Positions 31,306 through 41,095 of a stretch of 64,000 nt of DNA are shown here, one piece after another. The position numbers and the translations under genes were made by a program. Origin of the DNA: an uncultured Pseudomonadota bacterium (lineage in GTDB: Bacteria; Pseudomonadota; Alphaproteobacteria; Rs-D84). The DNA lies in contig CADBVV010000004.1 of assembly GCA_902798205.1 (NCBI GenBank), positions 21,572 to 85,571 on the forward strand, read 5' to 3'. Under the pieces are notes generated by a model. The model was not told where the DNA came from. It saw only the letters and a program-made list of their open reading frames with translations, and ran no database searches. The first letter of the stretch is position 1. Every line of letters starts with the position of its first letter.

Positions 31306-31482
31306 AAAAACCCTTTTATAATGTTAAACTTTATGTATTATTTAAGTATATATTAACATTTTTATATTGTCAACAGATTCGATTTGCACAAAAAAGCCTA
31401 ATTTCAGCCTATTCCGTCAATAATGTTAAAGAATGATGCTTTTTTAACATTTTATTGCGTACTAAGCACAGAGTAATATATA

Positions 31483-32955
31483 TTAATACTCCAAATTCTC
31501 GTCAAAAACTTCTATTTCTTCTTGTCTGATAGGAAGAGCTAAATGTTTAATCAGACGAATATTAACAAGTTTGCAGGCCAACAACTCAGATCTAACATGT
31601 GGTTTCAACCATGAATTATTCCATAGATTTATATTATCATCAGATATTAATTTACATAATGTTGGTACATAATCCAAATTTTCTCCGCACGCTAAACTTA
31701 ATCGTTGTATCCATATATACACAAAATCTGTATATGCTTTTTTATCAAACTTATTTTTTATACATCTTATAAAGCCAAATCTATCAGATACCGACATACG
31801 TTTTAAAATTTTACTTATAATCGCAAAAGCTTGCGGAATAACTTTTGGATTATTAAAAGCTATATCAAGCATTATATTTAACAACAACTCAAGATCATCA
31901 TTCTTATTAAATCTAATTTTCTTATTTATTTTACCTATACATGTTTGTAAAACGCCAGAATTTTCGAATCTTTTAGCAAATTCGTATAACACAAGAAATA
32001 AATTCTGCTTATCTTGTCTATATTCTGGCCATATATAAAATTTTTCATTTCTTATTGATCCTGTTATAACATCCGATGTTAAACACGTTTTTTCTGAATT
32101 TAATTTTAACCCAAGATTTCTACAAATATCATTTATAAGCTTAATAATTAGTTCTGTATCTTTTATACTGTTTGTAAAAATTCTATAATCATCTCTGTAA
32201 CGTAAAATTTTGTAATCTGAAATATTATTTGCTTCGATTTTATTTGTAAGCAAAACATCTATATACCCAAATACAGTTTCTGCTATAAAATCCATAAGCA
32301 CAGACCCCTGAGGTATACCATTTGTTTGTCCATAGGATAAATTACTAAGCTTAGAATCTAAAACATTACCAAAATTCTCTTTTTTACCCCTATGCTGTTT
32401 TGCAAAATCCACCCCATAAAAAGCCCACGGTATCACATGTGTATATATAGACGAATAACAATCAGATATATCTGTACAAGCCATATATGCAAAAAACATT
32501 GATAATTTAGCAGACTCTTTTTCAAACTTACTTATCCAATTATTAATCTGACTTCCTTTTTGCTTTCTCTTATGTTCCGGAAGAACTGGTATACTAGAAA
32601 CACAAATATTTGGATTTTTTCTGAATTCTCTAAATTTATTTTGTAAAAACAACCAATTTTCTTCAGAACAAATACAATTCACTAAATCAACATACAATAT
32701 AGGGTTAACAGCCGTCAATTTACGCCAAGAATAATTGTTATTTTTATTTATAACTATATCATAATTTACATTTTCTATCTGACTAGGATTTTGGTTCTGT
32801 ATGTCTTTTAACTCCTTATCTTTTAACAAACCATCTGCCACATTCAAAATTTCTTGGAAAGAAAAATACTGTGGCAAATCCCCAGTGAAATAATTTTCAC
32901 TTTTCAAGAAGAATTTTTTTGCATCCTTTGCTGTTAAATCTAACACTGTTGCCAT
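31483..32955 (-). CDS. standalone reverse transcriptase, retron/Abi-like (defence-associated RT candidate)
   Basis: RT motifs: motif 1 TDISDCYSSI; motif 4 NGIPQGSVLMDFIAE; motif 5 ILRYRDDYRIF, a YxDD variant; motif 6/7 GLKLNSEKT. About 150-aa N-terminal and C-terminal extensions. No maturase or endonuclease domain. Confidence 0.75.
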   Translation of the reverse strand: MATVLDLTAKDAKKFFLKSENYFTGDLPQYFSFQEILNVADGLLKDKELKDIQNQNPSQIENVNYDIVINKNNNYSWRKLTAVNPILYVDLVNCICSEENWLFLQNKFREFRKNPNICVSSIPVLPEHKRKQKGSQINNWISKFEKESAKLSMFFAYMACTDISDCYSSIYTHVIPWAFYGVDFAKQHRGKKENFGNVLDSKLSNLSYGQTNGIPQGSVLMDFIAETVFGYIDVLLTNKIEANNISDYKILRYRDDYRIFTNSIKDTELIIKLINDICRNLGLKLNSEKTCLTSDVITGSIRNEKFYIWPEYRQDKQNLFLVLYEFAKRFENSGVLQTCIGKINKKIRFNKNDDLELLLNIMLDIAFNNPKVIPQAFAIISKILKRMSVSDRFGFIRCIKNKFDKKAYTDFVYIWIQRLSLACGENLDYVPTLCKLISDDNINLWNNSWLKPHVRSELLACKLVNIRLIKHLALPIRQEEIEVFDENLEY

Positions 32956-33165
32956 ATGATTTGTCCTAAACTGTAATAACTTTGATTAAGTATAGGTTAA
33001 AAATCCGAATTATCAAGCTCATCTTTCGATTTTTATATGTTATTTATGTTCCAAATATGTTTCATAATTCGAATACTTTATGGTATTCGTTGTTCAAATT
33101 TAAACTTTATATTTGAAAACCTTTAACAAACACTATATCATAAAGAAACAAAAGGTTTGTTTTAT

Positions 33166-35319
33166 ATGATGTTAAAAGAAATAGACAAGGCATTATTAAA
33201 AGCGGTATTAAAAAACGATTCAAACGAAGTGAAAAAGCTCATAAAAGCTGGTGCAAATATTACTTCAAGATTTGATGACGACGATACTTACTTGCATTGT
33301 GTAAAGAACAAAGAAATAGCAGAATTATTAATTAAAGCTGGGGCAGATGTAAACGCAAAAAACAAATCCGGCTTAACACCTTTGTATCGTGCGGAAAATT
33401 TAGAAATAGCAAAACTATTAATCAAACATGGTGCTGACATAAAAATAACCTTACCTAACGGTTATACTGTCCTACATGCAGCAATTTTTCTTAAAAAATT
33501 GGATCTTGCAAAACTTTTCATTGAATATGGTGTAGATGTTGATTCAAAAAGCGAAGAAGGGATAACCCCTTTACATTTGTCACCTACCCCTGAAGCAGCG
33601 GAATTATTAATAGAAAATAATGCAAACATGTATATAGGAGAAAACGTATTCAACACACCTCTTCATTATGCTATAAAAAACAATAACTACGATGTTGCAG
33701 AATTCTTAATAGATGCTGGTATTTGCAACAATAAACACCGAGAATTGTGCTATGATATTTTTCAAAAGACAATAGAATATAATAATATAAAAACATTAAA
33801 ATACTTGATAGAATATGGCATTACATCTGCAGAAACAAAATATACTGTGCCACTATTAAAGATTGCTCTACACTACAAAAATTATGAAATTTGCAATTTA
33901 TTAATTAATAATAATGCGTGTGTTAATTTCTGTGACAAAGAAGGACAAACACCTCTACACACAGCGATTATAATAAGAAACACCGAACTTGCAGAAAATT
34001 TGATAAAACACCATGCAAAAATCAACGCAAGTGACAAAACAGAAAAAACTCCTTTACATTATGCAGCCATAAATGATGACATAGAACTAATTTCACTTTT
34101 GATAAAATACGGAGCCAATATTAATGTCAAAGACAAAGACGGAAACACACCTCTACACTTTGTTAGAGACACAAAATCTGCACTGTGCTTAATTGAACAA
34201 GATGCAGATGTCAACGCAAAGAACAACGAAGGCATAACTCCTTTACATTGGGCAGATAGTGTTGAATTAGCAGATTTGTTAATTAAATATGGAGCAGATG
34301 TTAATGCCACAAACAACAATGGCGTTACACCTTTATACTGGGTAAAAGACTATGATTTAGCAAGGTTATTAATAAATAACGGTGCAGACGTTAATGCATC
34401 CAATAAAGACGGAGCAACCCCATTACATATACAGGACAACCCAAAAATAGCCGAACTATTAATAGAGAAAGGTGCAAATGTTACTGCAAAAATAAAAAAT
34501 GGTGATACTCCACTACATTGGATTGAAAACCCAGAAACAGCAGAGCTATTGATTAAACACGGGGCAGATGTTAAAGCTACAAATAATAATAATGTTACCC
34601 CTTTGCATTGGGCTGAAAACGCACAAATAGCAGAATTATTAGTAAAACACGGTGCCAACATTAATGCAAAAACATCTTTATCTAATTTTACTCCTCTGGA
34701 TTTAGCTATTAAAAACAGTCATTTTGATGTTGTAGATTTTTTAATAGAATGTAAAGCAACTATAAAAAGCCCTAAAAAACTACTTCTTTGGGCTTTAGAT
34801 AATAACAGAACAAACCTAGCACAAAAACTTCTTAAAAACAAATCTATTAAGAATACAAACTCAACTGGCGATACATTATTGCATACAGTACAAACTATTG
34901 ATGGGGTACATTTGTTAATATCAAACGGTATAGATATTAATACAAAAAACAAAAATGGTGCGACCCCATTACATTTAGCGAAAAAACTAGAAATAATAAA
35001 CACATTGATAGAAAACGGTGCAAAAATAGAATCAACCGACAATGAAGGTAAAACACCTTTGTTTTATTATATAATATTCTGTAAAAATGCGGAACGTGCT
35101 AGCTGTTTATTAAAATATGGAGCAAATGTTAATGCAAGAGACAGTGATGGTATGACACCCTTACATTTTGTGCGTTCTATAACGACAGCACAAATATTAA
35201 TTGATTATGGGGCCGACATTAATGCCATAGACAGTCACGGGAAAACGCCTTTATTTTATGCAAAGAAACGTAATAATTCTGCATTAGTTAGATATCTTAA
35301 ATCTATTGGGGCAAAATAA
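33166..35319 (+). CDS. ankyrin-repeat protein (about 20 ANK repeats, 717 aa)
   Basis: Repeated TPLH.A.......LLI..GADVNAKN consensus throughout. ATG at 33166 after AAAGG; the ORF-track start at 33157 is a TTG. Confidence 0.85.
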   Translation: MMLKEIDKALLKAVLKNDSNEVKKLIKAGANITSRFDDDDTYLHCVKNKEIAELLIKAGADVNAKNKSGLTPLYRAENLEIAKLLIKHGADIKITLPNGYTVLHAAIFLKKLDLAKLFIEYGVDVDSKSEEGITPLHLSPTPEAAELLIENNANMYIGENVFNTPLHYAIKNNNYDVAEFLIDAGICNNKHRELCYDIFQKTIEYNNIKTLKYLIEYGITSAETKYTVPLLKIALHYKNYEICNLLINNNACVNFCDKEGQTPLHTAIIIRNTELAENLIKHHAKINASDKTEKTPLHYAAINDDIELISLLIKYGANINVKDKDGNTPLHFVRDTKSALCLIEQDADVNAKNNEGITPLHWADSVELADLLIKYGADVNATNNNGVTPLYWVKDYDLARLLINNGADVNASNKDGATPLHIQDNPKIAELLIEKGANVTAKIKNGDTPLHWIENPETAELLIKHGADVKATNNNNVTPLHWAENAQIAELLVKHGANINAKTSLSNFTPLDLAIKNSHFDVVDFLIECKATIKSPKKLLLWALDNNRTNLAQKLLKNKSIKNTNSTGDTLLHTVQTIDGVHLLISNGIDINTKNKNGATPLHLAKKLEIINTLIENGAKIESTDNEGKTPLFYYIIFCKNAERASCLLKYGANVNARDSDGMTPLHFVRSITTAQILIDYGADINAIDSHGKTPLFYAKKRNNSALVRYLKSIGAK

Positions 35320-35432
35320 CATCTGCTTTTCTATAAAAAAGCATGGGCTAAAAAACACAAAACAAACATATAGACACACACTAAAAAACGTTTAATTATT
35401 CAAACATTACGTAGAATCAAAAAGGTTGTGAT

Positions 35433-36179
35433 ATGAATGATCTGACTATCGTAGATTTACTAACTTCTGTTATTCCAAGAACTGCTACAAGCGGAACTCT
35501 TTTAAAGGCATATTGGAAAAAACAATTAGACGAAAAAATGGAAATAGCATTGTCCGAAATTCGTCAAGGAGCACTTGATAAAATAAATATGGAAGATAGA
35601 ATTTCTATAGCATATAGAATTTGTAGATCTATATCTGAGGGCATTGCCAATCATAATTTTAAGTTGATTTGTCGATTGTTACAAGGCTTAAGCAATAATA
35701 ACAAATTGTCAGCAAAAACATTTAATCGTTTTTCCTCTATTTTAGAAACACTAACAGAAGAAGAACTAAAAGTCATCGCATATGATATATGGATGTATAA
35801 AAACCCTAAACCAAAAATTTCAACAGAAACCAGAACAAAAACAGAAAAAGGTCCAACATTTATAATATTGAAAGAATCAGAAGAATATAAAGATTGGAAA
35901 ACAAAAGCATTGGAATTTATAAATTCATTAAATATCAAAATAAACACAAATGATATTTTTGATCGTCTCGTATCTGGAGGAAAATACATTATAAAAGGCG
36001 AAAATCCATTTTCTACAATTCATTATTCACTATTGAGAACGGGTTTGTATTCTTTAGATATATTAACAAAACAAAAAAACGAAGTGGGCGATGGCAAAGG
36101 ATGTCCCATATTTGAACTTTCTCCATTGATGATGGAACTAATGGATTATATTGATATTTATTTAGACAACAACTTTTAA
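35433..36179 (+). CDS. hypothetical protein (248 aa)
   Basis: ATG with an AAAGG Shine-Dalgarno. No recognisable motifs. Confidence 0.4.
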   Translation: MNDLTIVDLLTSVIPRTATSGTLLKAYWKKQLDEKMEIALSEIRQGALDKINMEDRISIAYRICRSISEGIANHNFKLICRLLQGLSNNNKLSAKTFNRFSSILETLTEEELKVIAYDIWMYKNPKPKISTETRTKTEKGPTFIILKESEEYKDWKTKALEFINSLNIKINTNDIFDRLVSGGKYIIKGENPFSTIHYSLLRTGLYSLDILTKQKNEVGDGKGCPIFELSPLMMELMDYIDIYLDNNF

Positions 36180-36444
36180 AACACAAATCTAAGTAACTCT
36201 CATATATTTCCTTATTTATTCTATATTTTTACTTTTTTCTAAAATATGACAAATGGTGGTATGTTGTACCACCTTTTCTAATAATATGATTCAATTTTAG
36301 TGTTCAGGTTTGGGCAACCCATAGGTTACTTATACCAAAATATCTGTATAAAATCCCATATATAAAAAGCGATTTTATTAAGTTATAGAAATCACATTTT
36401 GTTATAAAAATGTGTTCTTATTATACAGGTAACAAAGGACATAT

Positions 36445-36675
36445 ATGATTGCTAATAATTTGTTTTATCCAGATACATTACTTACGATTTCTGAAGTCTC
36501 TAAAATTAGTGGTTTCAGCAAATCCACATTGTATAAAGATATAAGCAAATCTAAACACAACCACATAGAACCTATGTTGCCATTCTGCAAACTGGGTGGT
36601 CGAATATTTTATCGTTCCAGAGATATCCACTCTGTGATTGATAAAGCATTCGATAGGTCATTAAACTTCTTTTAA
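36445..36675 (+). CDS. AlpA-like phage transcriptional regulator / excisionase (HTH_17)
   Basis: LLTISEVSKISGFSKSTLYKDI...GGRIFYRSRDIHSVI matches the AlpA/Xis family pattern. Confidence 0.6.
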   Translation: MIANNLFYPDTLLTISEVSKISGFSKSTLYKDISKSKHNHIEPMLPFCKLGGRIFYRSRDIHSVIDKAFDRSLNFF

Positions 36676-36773
36676 CAACTTGTTATATCTCCTATTGTTT
36701 GTTGTTAAATGTCCTATATACCTCTTTACTATACCTCACTAAGCTCTAAATTCCACCCAGCTTGCAGTATTGT

Positions 36774-37583
36774 TTATTTGCCCTTACGTTTTCTTTTTCT
36801 GCTTTCCATATAACAATTAATATACTTTTCAAGCACAGTACCACGAAGCCCAAATTCTTCTTGTAATAACTTACGTAACTGCTGTATTTGTTCGTATATT
36901 CTAGAAGCCTTAAAACCGAGAGCTATTCTTTTAAAATCAAGTATCAACCCACGTTTGATATCACTTCTTTTAAAGAATCTTACCCTTAATAAAGCTTCTT
37001 GTTCTTCTGGTAATGGGAATTTCACATTTAATGCTATGTTTGAAGGTATTAAATATGCAGTACTTCCAAGCTTGTCAGATTTTGTGTATATGTACTTTTG
37101 GTTATCTCGGTTATGGTTTTTCCATTCTTTGATACAGTACCTTATACACCCATCCTGATTGTAAATCTTTCTGACATCGATACAATCTTTTCTTAAGCCT
37201 TTTTGTCCTGCCACATACCGAAAAGCTCTTCGTAAAGCCCTCTTTGTAACAAACTTATTCTTAAGGGTCAGAATATGGTAGTGGGTTAAAGCACCTGTCC
37301 TGCCAAACTCCTTAAACCCAAAGAACTGTAAAGCATGTCTACTCTGCTTGTAGTGTTTCCCAAACAGATACAATTCCACATGGTGCATAAATGAACCAAA
37401 CAGCTTATCATAGTTGATTTTGCCGTATATCCCTTCTGCACCAGTGCCTAACAAGCTTGGGGTAAAGGTTACAAAGTACCCCAACCTGTACTTATTCAGC
37501 CAATCCAGAACACCTTTCTGAATGGCAGAAAGTTTTTCATCTTTTAGCTGAAAAATATTTTTTTCTTTTTTTAACTTTTTCAT
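36774..37583 (-). CDS. HUH-superfamily rolling-circle replication initiator (Rep)
   Basis: Motif I YFVTFTP, motif II THYHIL (HUH), motif III RYCIKEWK (YxxK). Basic C-terminus. Confidence 0.55.
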   Translation of the reverse strand: MKKLKKEKNIFQLKDEKLSAIQKGVLDWLNKYRLGYFVTFTPSLLGTGAEGIYGKINYDKLFGSFMHHVELYLFGKHYKQSRHALQFFGFKEFGRTGALTHYHILTLKNKFVTKRALRRAFRYVAGQKGLRKDCIDVRKIYNQDGCIRYCIKEWKNHNRDNQKYIYTKSDKLGSTAYLIPSNIALNVKFPLPEEQEALLRVRFFKRSDIKRGLILDFKRIALGFKASRIYEQIQQLRKLLQEEFGLRGTVLEKYINCYMESRKRKRKGK

Positions 37584-37882
37584 GATTTAATCCTTTATGT
37601 AAAAAAAAGCAAAAAAGCCCTTATTGCGAGAGCAGGAAAATTTTCTGTTCGCATTGTTTAAAGAGATATCGTGTTGGATTCTTGTAATAGTAAACAATTA
37701 TTGAGTCCCCACTAATAGCTCTTGTCTATTAAGTAGAACTCAAAATTTTCCACGGTTTTGTATTTTTAGGATTAATAAAATTTTTTTATTTTTTTGGGTC
37801 AGAAATCTTTTTCCACGAGTTCTTAAAAGTTAAGAAGTGTGAGGGTCACGCTTCTATAACCTTTAAGAAAAGAAGTTTAAAG

Positions 37883-39316
37883 ATGTCTAAAATTGTAAGT
37901 AAAATAAATGCGTTAGGTATAGCAAGAGTGTCAACAAAAAGCCAATGTGATTCATTGGAATCACAAAAAAAAAGAATTTGTACATACTGTGATTCCCATA
38001 CGGAATTAGATTTAAAAAGAATAGAAAATTTAAAAGAATCCGCATATTGTTTAAAACCAGGTTTATTAGATGAAATACTTGGGGCCACTGTAAAAAATCA
38101 AGCCATTATATTGGACAAAGTGGATCGTTTAACCCGTAACCACAAAGACATACCTTTTTTTGAAAAATTAATAGATGAACGGAACATATCTTTTCATTTC
38201 ATACAAGAAAACATTGTTTGGGATCAAAATACAACAAGAGACCTGGTAACAAAAATTGTTGCATATATAAATAAGGCTGAAGAAGAATCCGACAGTACAT
38301 CCAAACGAACAAAAAATTGTAACATTATTATGCGAGAACACGGGAAGATAAGCACCCCTGCCCCTTTTGGTTATATTAATTATGCCGAAGGTGAAGAAAA
38401 AGGTTGGAAACCGCATAAAGTAAATTCAAAATACGTAAAAGAGCTGTTTGAAATGTATGCTACTGGCAATTACTCAATCAGAACCATCACAGAAATATTG
38501 AACAAGAAATATGGCAAATCTTTAAAAAAACCATTATCACATCAACATGCTGCAAGTTTGTTACACAACAAATTCTTTATTGGTATTGCCTGTCATGATG
38601 GTGTCGAATATAAACACATATATAAAACATTTATAACCAAAGAGATTTTTGATAAATGTCAGGTTATATTCAAACAGAATGAAAAATCAAAGAAAGATCC
38701 AAAAGTACTTATTTCACCACTTTATGGTATGGTACGAGACAAAAACACAGGTGCCTTATTCACTCCATACAGAAATAAATGTAAAAAACGTAATTATCTG
38801 AAGACAAAAGATTCAAACCTTGGCAATTTATCTGAACAAACCGTTATTAAAGGTATCAAAGAAGCATTAAAGAATTTAAACAAAGATAAAGATGTTGTCG
38901 ATATTTTATCAAATCAACTGAATATCGATGTCAAAGAAAACTTAGACTCTTTGACCCAAAAAGCTAAGAATGAAGCAGAAACAATAAACAAATTAGAAAA
39001 TAGATTAGTATCTATATTAACTGAAAATTTGAGTATGAGCGAAGAATATATGAACAAATCTATTCAAAATATTCATAAAAAAATAGAAACCCATAAATCT
39101 ATATTGAATAACTATACAGTAAACATCGAAAAGATTAAAAAAGATGTTATTGATGTAAAAGGTGATTTGTTCGAATTTTTCGGGACACTTAGCACACCAA
39201 ATCAAACCAAGATGTTGAAAATATTATTTTCTGAAATTCAGTATAACAATAACTGTTTTATATATAAATTCCAGAAACATATTAAACACAACTCTGTCAA
39301 TTATCAATTCAGATAA
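37883..39316 (+). CDS. large serine recombinase
   Basis: N-terminal resolvase catalytic domain (GIARVSTKSQ with the Ser nucleophile), recombinase domain and C-terminal coiled-coil. 477 aa. Confidence 0.8.
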   Translation: MSKIVSKINALGIARVSTKSQCDSLESQKKRICTYCDSHTELDLKRIENLKESAYCLKPGLLDEILGATVKNQAIILDKVDRLTRNHKDIPFFEKLIDERNISFHFIQENIVWDQNTTRDLVTKIVAYINKAEEESDSTSKRTKNCNIIMREHGKISTPAPFGYINYAEGEEKGWKPHKVNSKYVKELFEMYATGNYSIRTITEILNKKYGKSLKKPLSHQHAASLLHNKFFIGIACHDGVEYKHIYKTFITKEIFDKCQVIFKQNEKSKKDPKVLISPLYGMVRDKNTGALFTPYRNKCKKRNYLKTKDSNLGNLSEQTVIKGIKEALKNLNKDKDVVDILSNQLNIDVKENLDSLTQKAKNEAETINKLENRLVSILTENLSMSEEYMNKSIQNIHKKIETHKSILNNYTVNIEKIKKDVIDVKGDLFEFFGTLSTPNQTKMLKILFSEIQYNNNCFIYKFQKHIKHNSVNYQFR

Positions 39317-39385
39317 GTATATTTTGTAATATGGGTTGCTTTTGGATTGCAAACATTCCAAACTCTATACAGAAAGGGGTTTGGA

Positions 39386-40846
39386 ATGAAAGCGATTCTC
39401 TTAGCCAGAGTTAGCAGCAAAGAACAAGAAGAAGGCCATAGTTTAGTTGCTCAACTTGACCGTTTGCATGCTTATTGTGAACGTAAAAATTTAGATATTA
39501 TCCAAGAATTTACTCTGGTTGAAAGTTCTACCAGAGGCGAAAGACCAGAGTTCCAAAAAATGATCGCTTATATTAAAAAGCAACATGAAAAAGTAGCCCT
39601 GGTATGTGATAAGGTTGACCGTTTACAGAGATCCTTTAGAGAGGTTCCTGTCCTTGAACAATTACATAAATCCGAAAAATTAGTCCTGCATTTTGTAAGT
39701 GAAAACCAAATACTTGATTCTGGGGCCAACAATTCGCAAATTATGGCCTATCAAATATTTGTTATGATGGCTGAAAATTACACCAACTGTATCAGCGATA
39801 ACGTAAAACGTTCTTTTGAGAAAAAGATTAAAGAAGGCAGTATTTTAACCTTTGCACCCATAGGGTATTTAAACGTCACCATAGATGGTGTAAATACCGT
39901 TATAATAGATCCTATCCGTGGTCCAAAAGTTCGCATGTTATTTGAAAAATATGCCACCGGAACAGTATCCATACACCAGCTTGCCCGATATGCTGTTGAA
40001 ATCGGTCTGTTATCAAAGAAGAACACACAAATATCCCCACAACAAATTCACTTTATCATAGCCAACCCATTCTACTATGGCATGATGAGAATCAAAGGCA
40101 AACTGTACCAGCATTCATACAAAACACTTATAACTAAAGACATGTTTGACCTATGTGCAAATATAAGGACAGGACGAAACACAAATGTTTGCAAAAGAAA
40201 GAATCCTGATATGTTATTGGCTGGTTTAGTCAGGTGTCCACTTTGTGGCAAAGCATATTCCCCATATTTAGCCAAAAATAAATATATTTTCCTGCACCAG
40301 CCACGTGATAAAAACTGTGTACACCATCACTTGTCTGCAAAACCTATCCTGAAACAAATAAACGATGTTTTACAAGCATTACACTTTAAACCAGAACACA
40401 AAGAAAGCATTCTTGCTAACCTAGAAAAGAAGAAAACAGAAGCAATCATCAAACGAGACGAATACATAGCCAGACTTTATGAAGATCGAACTAAATTAAT
40501 AGCCAAGAAAAGTAGATTAACCGACCTGTATTTAGATCGTGGTATAGATAGAGAAGAATACGATAAAATCACCAATCAAATAAGTAATGAACAACAAGAT
40601 TTACAACTGAAAATTGATGGTTTAGACGACAGAATTTCCGCTTTTTATGACAATCTTATCAAATGTGTAAAAATCGCAGATATCAGCCATTTTTTGTTAA
40701 AAAGTTCGAACTTTCACAAAAAACAGCTTATTTTAAAATTGATAAGTTCGAACTTTTTTATAGACGATAAAAATCCAGTAATTTCAATAAGATACCCCTT
40801 TGAAAACATGCTTCAAAGGGGTTATCGTCAAGACTGGGGCGGGTGA
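39386..40846 (+). CDS. large serine recombinase (second, tandem); 3' end overlaps tRNA-His 3' end
   Basis: AILLARVSSKEQ catalytic motif. Zinc ribbon RCPLCGK...C.HHH. The stop codon lies within the tRNA-His acceptor-stem sequence. Confidence 0.8.
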   Translation: MKAILLARVSSKEQEEGHSLVAQLDRLHAYCERKNLDIIQEFTLVESSTRGERPEFQKMIAYIKKQHEKVALVCDKVDRLQRSFREVPVLEQLHKSEKLVLHFVSENQILDSGANNSQIMAYQIFVMMAENYTNCISDNVKRSFEKKIKEGSILTFAPIGYLNVTIDGVNTVIIDPIRGPKVRMLFEKYATGTVSIHQLARYAVEIGLLSKKNTQISPQQIHFIIANPFYYGMMRIKGKLYQHSYKTLITKDMFDLCANIRTGRNTNVCKRKNPDMLLAGLVRCPLCGKAYSPYLAKNKYIFLHQPRDKNCVHHHLSAKPILKQINDVLQALHFKPEHKESILANLEKKKTEAIIKRDEYIARLYEDRTKLIAKKSRLTDLYLDRGIDREEYDKITNQISNEQQDLQLKIDGLDDRISAFYDNLIKCVKIADISHFLLKSSNFHKKQLILKLISSNFFIDDKNPVISIRYPFENMLQRGYRQDWGG

Positions 40847-40912
40847 CCAGATTCGAACTGGCGACATTCGGTACCACAAACCGACGCTCTAACCAACTGA
40901 GCTACACCCGCC
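40835..40912 (-). tRNA. tRNA-His (anticodon GUG) with G-1 and encoded CCA
   Basis: GGCGGGTG-TA-GCTCAGTTGGTTAGAGC-G-TCGGT-TTGTGGT-ACCGA-ATGTC-GCCAG-TTCGAAT-CTGGT-CACCCGC-C-CCA. The cloverleaf folds, with an extra 5' G pairing with the discriminator C73. Confidence 0.9.
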
Positions 40913-40932
40913 ATAACTTTTGGGTAAAAACT

Positions 40933-41008
40933 TGGTGGAGCTGATCAGACTCGAACTGACGACCCCTTGCATGCCATGCAAGTGCTCTACCAACTGAGCT
41001 ACAACCCC
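40933..41008 (-). tRNA. tRNA-Ala (anticodon GGC) with G3:U70 identity pair
   Basis: GGGGTTG-TA-GCTCAGTTGGTAGAGC-A-CTTGC-ATGGCAT-GCAAG-GGGTC-GTCAG-TTCGAGT-CTGAT-CAGCTCC-A-CCA. Confidence 0.9.
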
Positions 41009-41095
41009 ATGCGGAAACTTATTCTATATTTCTTCTTGCAAAAAGTCAAATCATTTTGCTAACCTTTCTTTATCGAATATACCAAGGAGTAAAAT

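Larger units (their letters stand above)
28384..40852. mobile_element. integrated mobile island at the tRNA-His 3' end: hipBA-HEPN, Tyr recombinase, RT, ANK, AlpA, HUH Rep, two Ser recombinases
   Basis: A 14-bp direct repeat of the tRNA-His 3' end lies at 28384..28397 and 40839..40852. The recombinase gene abuts and overlaps the tRNA. Gene content is typical of an integrative mobilisable element. The boundaries are inferred. Confidence 0.5.

Noticed and set aside
34059-35042. Several 86-107-aa minus-strand ORFs inside the ankyrin gene
   Set aside because: Antisense shadows of the repetitive ANK coding sequence.
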